In this document: one piece after another, positions 19,701-27,764 of the stretch | Layout of the letters: each line of letters starts with the position of its first letter | Position numbering within the stretch: the stretch's first letter is position 1 | Origin: Cryomorphaceae bacterium | GTDB taxonomy: Bacteria > Bacteroidota > Bacteroidia > Flavobacteriales > Flavobacteriaceae | Length of the DNA: 64,000 nucleotides | Assembly: GCA_003331885.1 (NCBI GenBank) | Contig: QOPZ01000001.1 | Span: forward strand, 20,710-84,709 | Direction of reading: 5' to 3' | Notes under the pieces: model-generated | Told to the model about the DNA's origin: nothing | Seen by the model: only the letters and a program-made list of their open reading frames with translations | Databases searched by the model: none | Made by a program: the position numbers and the translations under genes

Positions 19701-19975
19701 GTTATAGAAATTTGGTTTGAAACATCAACTTCTTCATTTAAGTATCCAATATAAGAGACTATCAAAGCCTGTTCAGCACTAATTGGGATTGAAATTGAAA
19801 AATTACCATCAAAATCTGTGATAGCACCAACAGTTTCAGAACCTTTTAGCTGAACAGTTGCGCCAGGAAGTGGTGAACCATTTTCGTCATTTACTAAACC
19901 AGTAATTGTTTTAGATTGACCTAAAACAAATAATGGAAATAATAAAAAAATAAGTATAATTTTTTTGATTTTCAT
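16772..19975 (-). CDS. susC: SusC-type TonB-dependent outer-membrane transporter
   Basis: 1067 aa. Signal peptide, carboxypeptidase-regulatory-like domain (ITGLVNDENGSPLPGATVQLKG), plug (VVVGYGT..), barrel, and a C-terminal aromatic residue (NLTF). Confidence 0.95.
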   Translation of the reverse strand: MKIKKIILIFLLFPLFVLGQSKTITGLVNDENGSPLPGATVQLKGSETVGAITDFDGNFSISIPISAEQALIVSYIGYLNEEVDVSNQISITVNLQPDTEALEEVVVVGYGTVLKRDLTGSVSSVKITDDVSRAATTVDQLLQGRAAGVQVTQNAANPNSGVSVRIRGTNSLRGNNEPLYVVDGVIISSAGEDVNSVGTGNTGQDPQSGLNGINPRDIERIEILKDASATAIYGSRGANGVVLITTKSGSKEDGKGKFNTYFTTSITEITKTYDMLDGVGYANYSNAARLQAGESPRYRIDGDNVYSFLTNPDGTPSDVVDNTPNQLYDWQDFIYQQGVSSNLGVTFSGASDAGDYYLSAGFNDMNGLIENASFKTTDLRLNLNYDINEKLRVEARFATFFSESDFAEGGDLIGGDQSFVQQTVTYNPITANGLEDISDFFDGNALSNPISWIDDFTDESKENRVIASLALKYKFNVPGLQYEFRVGGNLRDKDRTRFYGLTTWQGANANGLYQQMKLNALTYQVNNFLRYNRNINRNHRVNATLGVTYDVRDVSNSTYAVQDFVTAQLGTDQPFLGQVISSPLLLRAADQQLFSVLGRVNYTFKNKYVLTASFRRDGVSKFSENNRYGFFPSFAFAWRAGSEKFIQNLDLFSSLKFRAGWGQIGNHGIGPYGTLPNYGASSSLYGTPTNGTTVPIVLSNIANPDLTWETTEQLNVGVDFGFSNGKISGTIDVYSKDTKDLLQQTPIPTSSGFSNMLINRGTLQNRGVELGLDVTVLDKGDFNLSVGGNIAFNKTKIENLGLTPGGVLMDDGNGVYGVQQIPSYLGNVPSRGNSIKFPLNIFLEGQETALFYGWKTDGVFQSGDEMYRINGAMSQPGDIKVLDLNGDGVVDLADRTIIGNPNPDYIYGFNLNMSYKNFSVRALFNGTEGNDIVNGNMYRFGFAEGTYRNILSEAWSDRWSSENPNGTYPRLGYSSNLFAAAMDRFVEDGSYLRLKNITMNYDIPMRSDNFIKSANIYVTGSNLFTWTNYSGYDPEITTFMYDGLIQGVDWNNKPNSRSVLVGVNLTF

Positions 19976-20034
19976 TTTGTTGTTTTTAATTAAAGAATTT
20001 ATAATTTATAAATAAGATTTAAGTTTAAAAAATT

Positions 20035-20050
20035 ACGAAATCGTTTTCAT
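20035..20050. promoter_or_regulatory. Candidate LacI-family operator 1 upstream of susC
   Basis: acgaaatcgttttcat, with an imperfect palindromic core GAAAnCGnTTTC (10/12 self-complementary). It is 60 nt upstream of the susC ATG and CG-containing within a very AT-rich spacer. Confidence 0.35.
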
Positions 20051-20109
20051 TGCTTACAGAAAGTATTACTCAATAAATAAACTTATACTTTTTCTATTAA
20101 ACAAAAATA

Positions 20110-20125
20110 ACGAAACTATTTTCGT
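20110..20125. promoter_or_regulatory. Candidate LacI-family operator 2 upstream of susC
   Basis: acgaaactattttcgt is 14/16 self-complementary (ACGAAA-N4-TTTCGT). It shares both half-sites with operator 1. Confidence 0.35.
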
Positions 20126-20255
20126 GATAATTTCTTAAAAAAATAATATTTTCTTTATTAAAATAGCAATTATTGATATCATTAATTAAGAAATATTAAA
20201 TATTATTCAAGAACAAATGAGTTAAAAAAAGAATTGGAAAGAAGATATAATTAAT

Positions 20256-20263
20256 TAAATTTG
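20256..20263 (+). promoter_or_regulatory. Candidate -7 promoter element (TAnnTTTG) for tRNA-Arg
   Basis: taaatttg lies 12 nt upstream of the tRNA 5' end. A TTG (20234-20236) sits 19 nt upstream, matching the flavobacterial -33/-7 spacing. Confidence 0.5.
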
Positions 20264-20275
20264 CCATCATTATTT

Positions 20276-20349
20276 GGTCGCGTAGCTCAGCTGGATAGAG
20301 CATCTGCCTTCTAAGCAGACGGTCGCACGTTCGAATCGTGCCGCGATCA
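20276..20349 (+). tRNA. tRNA-Arg (anticodon UCU)
   Basis: Acceptor ggtcgcg/cgcgatc, D-arm gctcagctggatagagc, anticodon stem tctgc/gcaga with loop ctTCTaa, T-arm gcacg-ttcgaat-cgtgc, discriminator a. Confidence 0.95.
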
Positions 20350-20356
20350 CTTTAAG

Positions 20357-20380
20357 CCTCACTTTCCGTGAGGTTTTTTT
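20357..20380 (+). terminator. Intrinsic terminator after tRNA-Arg
   Basis: Stem cctcac(20357-62)/gtgagg(20368-73), 5-nt loop, then T7. Confidence 0.75.
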
Positions 20381-20394
20381 ATATTAGTAGATTA

Positions 20395-22434
20395 ATGGGG
20401 TTTTTAAGAACAATAAATTTTTTATTAATACTACTTCTTTTTATTTCATGTAAGAAGTTTGATCAAAATAATTTTAAAATTTTACCATCAGTTAAAGAAT
20501 ATACTTTCACTGGTAATTATTCAAATCTTAACATCAATACAAATTTTTCTTTCCATTCAAAAAACAACGATACTCTACCTGTTATTTTAGATAACACAAT
20601 TAAATTATTTAAGGGTGATAATAACTCTAAAATTAGATTTGAAATTGACAAAAACTATAATATTGCCAAAGAGGGTTATTTTTTAACGATTGATAAAAAC
20701 CAAATAAAAATTATTGCTAGAGATAAGGCTGGTTTGTTTTATTCATTTAATACATTAATTCAACTACTAAAAGATTCTAAAGACCAAAATGTTAACCTTC
20801 CAATTATTGAAATTTTAGACTATCCATCATTAAGCTATAGGTCAGTTCATATTGATGTAAAACATCACACAGAAAAGAAAGAATATTATTTTAATTTAAT
20901 TGATGAATTAGCATCAATTAAAATTAATGGAATAATTATAGAGTTTGAAGATAAATTAGGTTATAAGAGAAGATCAGACATAGCTGCTCCTGACAGTTTT
21001 TCAATAGAATGGTGGAAAAAACTAAGTAAGTATGCATATTTACGAAACATTAAAATAAGCCCATTAATTCAAGGACTGGGACACGCATCTTTCATTCTTA
21101 AACATGATAATTACAAATCACTTAGAGATGTGTCAAATAATGACTGGGCATTTAACCCACTTAATCCTGAGACTTATAATGTTCAGTTTGATTTATATAA
21201 AGACGCGATAGAAGCAACACCTTATGGGCAATTTTTACATGTTGGTGGAGATGAAGTTAGAGTTAAAAACAGAGATGGAATAGAAGGTTTTGAATTAAAC
21301 CTGTTATGGTTAAACAAAGTTTCAGATTTCGCTAAAAAAAATAATAGAGTTCCGATTTTTTGGGATGATATGTATCTAAAACATGGTGGTGTTTGGAATG
21401 TTACAAGGAATACAAGTCTTTCAAAGAATGATGTAGATAATATTTGGAAAAAAAATAAAAAACAACTTACTGAGTATATTGATGATTTTCCAAAAAACTG
21501 TATATATATGAGATGGAATTATTTTTACCCATGGGCTGAAGGAAATTTAAAAACAATTGATTGGTATAAAGAAAATGAAATGAAAGTAATGGGGGCTACT
21601 GCTGGACAAACAAGATGGATATTAATGCCTCAAGATTATAGTAATATTGAATCGATTAAATCATTTTCATTGACATCTGTTGAAAAAAATTTAGATGGTT
21701 TATTATTAACTCTATGGGATGATGATTCTCCGCATTTTGAGTTGTACAAAAGAGGTATTTATTCCTTTGCTGAATATACCTGGGGAGGAAAAGATTTGAA
21801 TCCTAATGATTTTAAATCAAATTTTAGACATCGATATTTTTCTCCAGATTTTAGTGATATTGAGTATAGTTTTATTGATGAATTAGATATGCCAGTTAGA
21901 GATTGGGCTAATTTATTTGTTGTTGAAAAAAAGCATAGAAATCAAATTACTAAAACTAGTTTGCCATTAGAAACTCATATTGTAGAGCTTCCAGAAATAA
22001 ATAATTCAGGAAAATGGAATCAAAAATTTGATAAAAAAATATCTATTGCCAAAAAACACATTAAAGATCTTAAAATAATAATTGAAAAAATAAAACTTCA
22101 ACAAACGAAAACAATAAGAGGAAGTTATGCATTAGAAGTTTATGAGCAAGTTGCAAAACTGGCTTTATTTAGCTATGAAACTTTTATTGCTATTTCAAAT
22201 TTTGACAACGGAAAAAATGATCTAACTAGTTTGTTAAATAAAGAGAATGAATTTGTTTCAATCAGAAATAATTTTGAAGAAGTATACGCAAAAAGTAGAA
22301 ACATTATCAAGCCAGACAACTACATTCTTGATCAAGATCATCATAATCATACAGCTAATCAAACATTAAATATGGATTGGCAATTTATAGCTGAAATTAA
22401 GCTTTTTGAAAAAATTAACTTAACTTATAAGTGA
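20395..22434 (+). CDS. GH20-family beta-N-acetylhexosaminidase-like lipoprotein
   Basis: The GH20 catalytic block HVGGDEV is preceded by ILDYPSLSYRSVHIDVKHH. Lipobox LLFISCK. The track start (GTG 20368) lies inside the tRNA terminator, so I use ATG 20395 (MGFLRTINF...). Confidence 0.75.
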   Translation: MGFLRTINFLLILLLFISCKKFDQNNFKILPSVKEYTFTGNYSNLNINTNFSFHSKNNDTLPVILDNTIKLFKGDNNSKIRFEIDKNYNIAKEGYFLTIDKNQIKIIARDKAGLFYSFNTLIQLLKDSKDQNVNLPIIEILDYPSLSYRSVHIDVKHHTEKKEYYFNLIDELASIKINGIIIEFEDKLGYKRRSDIAAPDSFSIEWWKKLSKYAYLRNIKISPLIQGLGHASFILKHDNYKSLRDVSNNDWAFNPLNPETYNVQFDLYKDAIEATPYGQFLHVGGDEVRVKNRDGIEGFELNLLWLNKVSDFAKKNNRVPIFWDDMYLKHGGVWNVTRNTSLSKNDVDNIWKKNKKQLTEYIDDFPKNCIYMRWNYFYPWAEGNLKTIDWYKENEMKVMGATAGQTRWILMPQDYSNIESIKSFSLTSVEKNLDGLLLTLWDDDSPHFELYKRGIYSFAEYTWGGKDLNPNDFKSNFRHRYFSPDFSDIEYSFIDELDMPVRDWANLFVVEKKHRNQITKTSLPLETHIVELPEINNSGKWNQKFDKKISIAKKHIKDLKIIIEKIKLQQTKTIRGSYALEVYEQVAKLALFSYETFIAISNFDNGKNDLTSLLNKENEFVSIRNNFEEVYAKSRNIIKPDNYILDQDHHNHTANQTLNMDWQFIAEIKLFEKINLTYK

Positions 22435-22435
22435 A

Positions 22436-23236
22436 ATGAAAAAGATTTATAATTGGCACAAAAATTTTACCGAAAAAAAGAGATTGTATTGGGATTTATC
22501 TCACTACCAAGCTTATTGGATATCTTGGTTTAAAGGAATAGTAATGGGTTTAATAATTGCTTTTCTTGTTTCTTGTAATTCCTTAAACAATAATGCTGAA
22601 TGGATATACTTATTTGATGGAGAAAGCACAAATGGCTGGAGAGCATATAATGGAGAAGAAATTCCAAGTAAATGGGCAGCTATAGATGGGAATTTAACTT
22701 TTGACACTCAGTTGAAGAAAGAAGAAAATTGGGAAGGTGGTGGAGATATCATATATTACCTTGAAGAATTTGATAATTTTGAATTATACCTAGAATGGAA
22801 ATTACCAGTTGGTGGTAATAGTGGAGTTTTTTATCATGTAAAAGAAGGTTATTCAGCTCCATATGCTGTTTCTCCTGAATATCAATTAATTGATGATTTT
22901 GGATGGGGAAAATTAAACAACTCTGAACTTGAAGATTGGCAAAAAGCTGGAGCAGACTATGCAATGTATTCTGCAGATGAAAAAATCAAAAAATTAAAAC
23001 CTGCAGGTGAATGGAATACTTCAAAAATAAAATACACTGAAGAAAAAGTAGAACACTGGATGAATGGTGAACTTATAGTTTCTTTTACTCCCTACTCTGA
23101 AGATTGGTATGAAAGAAGAAACTCTGGAAAATGGGATGAATATCCAGATTATGGAAAATTCAAAAAAGGCTATATAGCACTACAAGACCATGATAGTCCC
23201 ATATGGTTCAGAGAAATAAAAATCAAAAAATTATAA
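22436..23236 (+). CDS. DUF1080 (3-keto-disaccharide-hydrolase-like, concanavalin-type) lipoprotein
   Basis: 266 aa with lipobox FLVSCNS. DUF1080 pattern: W..YNG...W....DG.L...GGDI...F.LEWK...GNSGVFY...EYQLIDD...GADYA...GEWN...HWMNG...ALQDHDSPIWFREIKIK. Confidence 0.75.
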   Translation: MKKIYNWHKNFTEKKRLYWDLSHYQAYWISWFKGIVMGLIIAFLVSCNSLNNNAEWIYLFDGESTNGWRAYNGEEIPSKWAAIDGNLTFDTQLKKEENWEGGGDIIYYLEEFDNFELYLEWKLPVGGNSGVFYHVKEGYSAPYAVSPEYQLIDDFGWGKLNNSELEDWQKAGADYAMYSADEKIKKLKPAGEWNTSKIKYTEEKVEHWMNGELIVSFTPYSEDWYERRNSGKWDEYPDYGKFKKGYIALQDHDSPIWFREIKIKKL

Positions 23237-23237
23237 A

Positions 23238-24581
23238 ATGATAAATAGAAGAAAGTTTTTAAAAAATTCATCCATTTTTGGAATTGCTCCTTTTTTACCT
23301 AATTATAATATTTTTAAGTCTATGAATAAAAAAATAAGAACAGCTCATATTGGAGTTGGAGGAATGGGAAAAGCAGATTTAAATGATATAGCTTCTCATA
23401 AAAAAGCTCAAATAGTTGCCTTATGTGATGTCGACAACAAAGCTCTTGTTGAAGCTGGAAAATTATTTCCAGAGGCAAAGCTTTTTAAAGACTATAGGGT
23501 TATGCTGAAAAATATTCATGATGAAATTGATGCAGTTATTGTTTCAACACCTGACCATACTCATGCGCCAGCATCTATTATGGCAATGGAGCTAAATAAA
23601 CACGTTTATTGTCAAAAACCTCTAACACATCATGTTTCGGAAGCTAGAGCAATGAAAAAGCTCGCTGAAGAAAAAAATCTAGTTACGCAGATGGGTATCC
23701 AAGTTCATTCTTTTTATGATTATAAACTTGCAACATTGTTGATTAAATCTGGTATAATTGGAAAAGTTGATAAAGTTAGAGCATGGTGTCCAAAGAATTG
23801 GGGTTATGATGGTCCAGAGCCCTCAGGAAATGACCCAATTCCAAATTATCTAGACTGGAATTTATGGTTAGGAACTTCAAAAGAAAGACCATTTAAAGAT
23901 AAGATTTATCATCCAGGCATGTGGAGAAAACTTGTTGATTTTGGATGTGGAACATTAGGCGACATGGGAGTTCATATTTTTGATACTCCATACAATGCTT
24001 TAGACCTAGACGTACCTTACACTATAAAGAATAAATGTAGAAAACCAAACAATTTTGGCTTTCCAGAAAAGAATTATGTTGAGTATGTTTTTCCGGGAAC
24101 TAAATATACCACAGATACATTAACATGGATATGGGAAGATGGAAAAGATTCTCCAAAAAAACATAAAGATTTAAAATTACCAAATGGAGATAAGCTTCCT
24201 TTACAGGGAGCAATGTTTATGGGAGAAAAAGGAAAATTACTTCTTCCACATTTTATGGAACTACCTAAATTGATTGTAGATAATGAATATAAAGATTTTG
24301 ATGTTTCAAAATTTGTTGATAACGGAGAATTAAGTGAAATACCTGTCAGAGATTATGGTAAAGAGTCGCACCTACATTATCATCAATTTATTGACACATG
24401 TCTTGGTGAAGATGAGTGTACTGCTCCATTTTCATATTCATCAAGGTTAACTGAAACTATTCTTCTGGGAGTGATAGCTGGAAGATTTCCAGGGAAAACA
24501 TTGCACTGGGATAGCTTAAAAGCAAAATTTAAAGAAGAAGAGGCTAATAAATATTTAGATTCACCATATAGAAAATTTTAA
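23238..24581 (+). CDS. Gfo/Idh/MocA-family oxidoreductase with twin-arginine (TAT) signal
   Basis: 447 aa. TAT motif NRRKFLKNSS, Rossmann motif HIGVGGMGK, and the family block STPDHTHA ... CQKPL. Confidence 0.85.
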   Translation: MINRRKFLKNSSIFGIAPFLPNYNIFKSMNKKIRTAHIGVGGMGKADLNDIASHKKAQIVALCDVDNKALVEAGKLFPEAKLFKDYRVMLKNIHDEIDAVIVSTPDHTHAPASIMAMELNKHVYCQKPLTHHVSEARAMKKLAEEKNLVTQMGIQVHSFYDYKLATLLIKSGIIGKVDKVRAWCPKNWGYDGPEPSGNDPIPNYLDWNLWLGTSKERPFKDKIYHPGMWRKLVDFGCGTLGDMGVHIFDTPYNALDLDVPYTIKNKCRKPNNFGFPEKNYVEYVFPGTKYTTDTLTWIWEDGKDSPKKHKDLKLPNGDKLPLQGAMFMGEKGKLLLPHFMELPKLIVDNEYKDFDVSKFVDNGELSEIPVRDYGKESHLHYHQFIDTCLGEDECTAPFSYSSRLTETILLGVIAGRFPGKTLHWDSLKAKFKEEEANKYLDSPYRKF

Positions 24582-24584
24582 TTT

Positions 24585-25961
24585 ATGAATAATTTTAAGA
24601 GAAGAGATTTTTTAAAATCATCAACACTTTTTGCAGGAGCAACCTTATTTAGTCCCTATTTACTTAGCTGTCAAAACCCAAATAATAAATTAAATATTGC
24701 AGTTATTGGAGTTGGAGGAAGAGGAGGCGCTAATTATAGTCCTATTTTAAAATCTGAAAATATAGTTGCCATGTGCGATGTTGATGATATTAGGGCAAAA
24801 GATGGATATGAAAAAATTAAATCTCAATTTCCAAATGTCAAAAAATTTACTGATTTCAGAGTAATGTATGATAAAATGCATAATGAGATTGATGCGGTTA
24901 TAATAAGTACGCCTGACCACACTCACTTTGCTCCTGCCATGATTGCAATGGAATTGGGGAAACATGTGTATATGGAAAAACCGTTGGCTCATAATGTATG
25001 GGAATGTAGGACTTTAAAAAAAGCTGCAAATTATTATAAAATTGTTTCTCAGATGGGCAATCAAGGCCATACAACTAATGGTGTTAGACAAATTAAAGAA
25101 TGGTATGATGCAGGAATATTAGGAGAGGTTAAAGAAGTTCATGCTTGGATTGGGGAATTTAATTTTAGACCTGGACACTATTGGACACTGCCTGAAAGCT
25201 TTCCCCCACCAAAAAATGAAGTACCAAATCATTTAGATTGGGATTTATGGCTTGGTCCTGCTATGAAAAGAGATTATAACCCAGTATATGTTCCTAAATC
25301 ATGGAGAGGGTTTTTTGATTTTGGAAACGGTCAATTAGGAGATTGGTCATGTCACACACTAGATGGTCCGTTTTGGGCGCTAAATTTAGGTATGCCCACT
25401 GAAGTTGACTCTTATGTTGAGAACAGAATAAATAATCATCATTTTGTTTGTGAAAAATCAATTGTCACATATAATTTCCCTAAGAAAGATGAAAGACCTT
25501 CGGTTAAAATGAAATGGTATGAAGGAGGATTTAAACCAGAAATTGACCCGTCATGGCCAATAAAGGAACTTTGGGGTGGTGGAATGATAATGGTTGGATC
25601 AAAAAATTCTTTAATTACCGGTGGAAGACCAAATAATCCAAGGCTATTAATTTCTGATAATGAATGGAAAGAATTTCAAAACAATATGCCAGAACAGACA
25701 ATTCCAAGACTCAAATGGGGAGATGAGACCCCCGTTCAAGAATGGATAGATGCAATTAAAAACAATTACCTACCTGAATCAAATTTTAATTATGGAGCTG
25801 ACCTTACAGAAATGGCACTACTTGGAACCCTTTCACAAAGATTTGGTGCTAAAATCATATATGATTCACAAAATATGAAAATAACTAATCGTCCTGATAT
25901 TGATGCATACATAAAAGAGCCAGCAAGAGAAGGATGGGAATACGGAAATTCAATTACTTAG
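24585..25961 (+). CDS. Gfo/Idh/MocA-family oxidoreductase with twin-arginine (TAT) signal (paralogue of the upstream gene)
   Basis: 458 aa. TAT motif KRRDFLKSST, VIGVGGRGG, STPDHTHF ... MEKPL. Colinear with 23238..24581. Confidence 0.85.
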   Translation: MNNFKRRDFLKSSTLFAGATLFSPYLLSCQNPNNKLNIAVIGVGGRGGANYSPILKSENIVAMCDVDDIRAKDGYEKIKSQFPNVKKFTDFRVMYDKMHNEIDAVIISTPDHTHFAPAMIAMELGKHVYMEKPLAHNVWECRTLKKAANYYKIVSQMGNQGHTTNGVRQIKEWYDAGILGEVKEVHAWIGEFNFRPGHYWTLPESFPPPKNEVPNHLDWDLWLGPAMKRDYNPVYVPKSWRGFFDFGNGQLGDWSCHTLDGPFWALNLGMPTEVDSYVENRINNHHFVCEKSIVTYNFPKKDERPSVKMKWYEGGFKPEIDPSWPIKELWGGGMIMVGSKNSLITGGRPNNPRLLISDNEWKEFQNNMPEQTIPRLKWGDETPVQEWIDAIKNNYLPESNFNYGADLTEMALLGTLSQRFGAKIIYDSQNMKITNRPDIDAYIKEPAREGWEYGNSIT

Positions 25962-27050
25962 ATTTTTAAAATAAGCTTGGACTCTATTAATAGAGTTTTG
26001 TCTTATATCTTCCCAAAATAGATTAATGTCTGCTTTATGATAATCTTTTAATGTTGACATTAAAAGAGTTCTAAAAAAACCGATTTTTGGAGTTTTTAAA
26101 TAAACACCTGTTTCAATATTATCAATTTTTAATGCATTAGAAAAAACCTTACCATTTAGAAATAAAAGTCCTTTGTGATTAGAAAAATCGGCAGTTTTTT
26201 TTGAGTCCCACGTAATTGGATTTGAACACAAAGCATCAACGAGCCATTCTCTGTCAACAGTAAAGTTATACTTTTGCTCATTTTTTAATATTTTTAAAGT
26301 ATTCCAGGTTACAAAACCACCAGTTTCGTCAGGACCATTCATTAATTGTAAGTCGAAAAAATCATCTTGGGTTACTTTAGTTCCTGGAAGATAAGCAGCA
26401 ACCAATTTGTTTTTCAGATCCTTGCCATCAAAAAAATCTTGCAATAATCTTATCGCATGACCTGAACCCTGACTATGACCAGCAATTATAATTGGCTTAC
26501 CTTGATTGTAATTTTTAAGAAATATTTCAAATGATCTTTTTATATCTTCATATGCTAAATTATATGCCTTTTCTCCCCCATTTTCCCATCTAAACTCATC
26601 AAATACTCTAAAATGGGCTTGTCTGTAATTTGGAGAATAAAGATTACCTGAATCTAACCATGCAGTTGATTGATATTTAATAGATGATTGCAGTAAAACA
26701 TTAGAGAAATCATTATCATATATATCTGAATTCCAATTAATATTTTTTCTATCAGTAAATAATGTTGGAACAATAAAAAAAACATCTACCATCATCAGGC
26801 CATTATTTTTATTTAAAAAAGTTAAATCAGATTTTTTTTCAGGATGAACTAGCCAGTCATCTAAATTTAAATACGTTGGTTGTTTAGGTTTAGAATGTTT
26901 GTCAAAATCTGTTGTCTTATATTTAATCTCACCATTATTCTCTTTTAATAAACCACATGATGATGAACTAATAATTATAAGAAAAATGAACAATAATTTA
27001 CTATTTTTAAAAAACATTAAATCTAATTTATAATAAATATGAGACTTCAA
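25950..27050 (-). CDS. DUF3089-type alpha/beta-hydrolase (lipase-like) lipoprotein
   Basis: 366 aa with signal/lipobox IIISSSSCG and nucleophile elbow IIAGHSQGSGH. The start is possibly the downstream Met (MFFKNSKLL). Confidence 0.6.
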   Translation of the reverse strand: MKSHIYYKLDLMFFKNSKLLFIFLIIISSSSCGLLKENNGEIKYKTTDFDKHSKPKQPTYLNLDDWLVHPEKKSDLTFLNKNNGLMMVDVFFIVPTLFTDRKNINWNSDIYDNDFSNVLLQSSIKYQSTAWLDSGNLYSPNYRQAHFRVFDEFRWENGGEKAYNLAYEDIKRSFEIFLKNYNQGKPIIIAGHSQGSGHAIRLLQDFFDGKDLKNKLVAAYLPGTKVTQDDFFDLQLMNGPDETGGFVTWNTLKILKNEQKYNFTVDREWLVDALCSNPITWDSKKTADFSNHKGLLFLNGKVFSNALKIDNIETGVYLKTPKIGFFRTLLMSTLKDYHKADINLFWEDIRQNSINRVQAYFKNLSN

Positions 27051-27764
27051 TTAAAAAAAATTTTTCTAATAACACAAATTTTTATTTTTCTAGCTTGTAA
27101 TTCAAAAATAGATCAAAAGATCACAATTTCGAAAATAGAAGGATCTCCATCATTTGAAAGTTCTAAACTCTCATTAACTGAACAAGTTAAAGTTGATGAT
27201 GAATATCAATTTTCTTTTGACGTTGTTGAATATGAACTAGGTGTTAAAACTGAAACAGAATTTAATTACCAACTAGCTAATTCAAATAAAGGTCAGCATA
27301 TACATTTTATTGTAAACAATGAGCCATATTCTGCTCATTATGTAAATAATTTTAAAAAAACAGTTGATGATGATGACATAATTCTTGCTTTTTTATCAAG
27401 ATCACATCATGAATCAGTAAAAAATAAAGACGCCTATGTTTTTACTCAAATCAACGATGGAATATCTGATTTAAGCAAAGAATTTCTTTTTTATAGTAGG
27501 CCAAAAGGCACTTACACAGGCAAGGATTCAGAAAAAGTCCTTTTAGATTTTTATTTGTTAAACACAGAAATTTCAACTAATGGAAACAAGGTAAGAGCAA
27601 CAATAAATAATACTATTTTCCTGATTGAAGATTGGGCTCCATATTATATTGAAGGTCTTGAAGAGGGAGAAAATCAAATTAAATTAGAGCTTATAGATTC
27701 GAATGGAAATTTGATAGAAACGCCATTCAATCCATCAATTAAAACTTTTATGATTGAGAAGTAA
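27039..27764 (+). CDS. Hypothetical lipoprotein
   Basis: 241 aa with lipobox FIFLACNS. No motif I can name. Confidence 0.5.
   Translation: MRLQLKKIFLITQIFIFLACNSKIDQKITISKIEGSPSFESSKLSLTEQVKVDDEYQFSFDVVEYELGVKTETEFNYQLANSNKGQHIHFIVNNEPYSAHYVNNFKKTVDDDDIILAFLSRSHHESVKNKDAYVFTQINDGISDLSKEFLFYSRPKGTYTGKDSEKVLLDFYLLNTEISTNGNKVRATINNTIFLIEDWAPYYIEGLEEGENQIKLELIDSNGNLIETPFNPSIKTFMIEK

Noticed and set aside
20368-20394. GTG start of the GH20 ORF proposed by the track
   Set aside because: The GTG is the 3' arm of the tRNA-Arg terminator hairpin. ATG 20395 gives a normal lipoprotein signal peptide.
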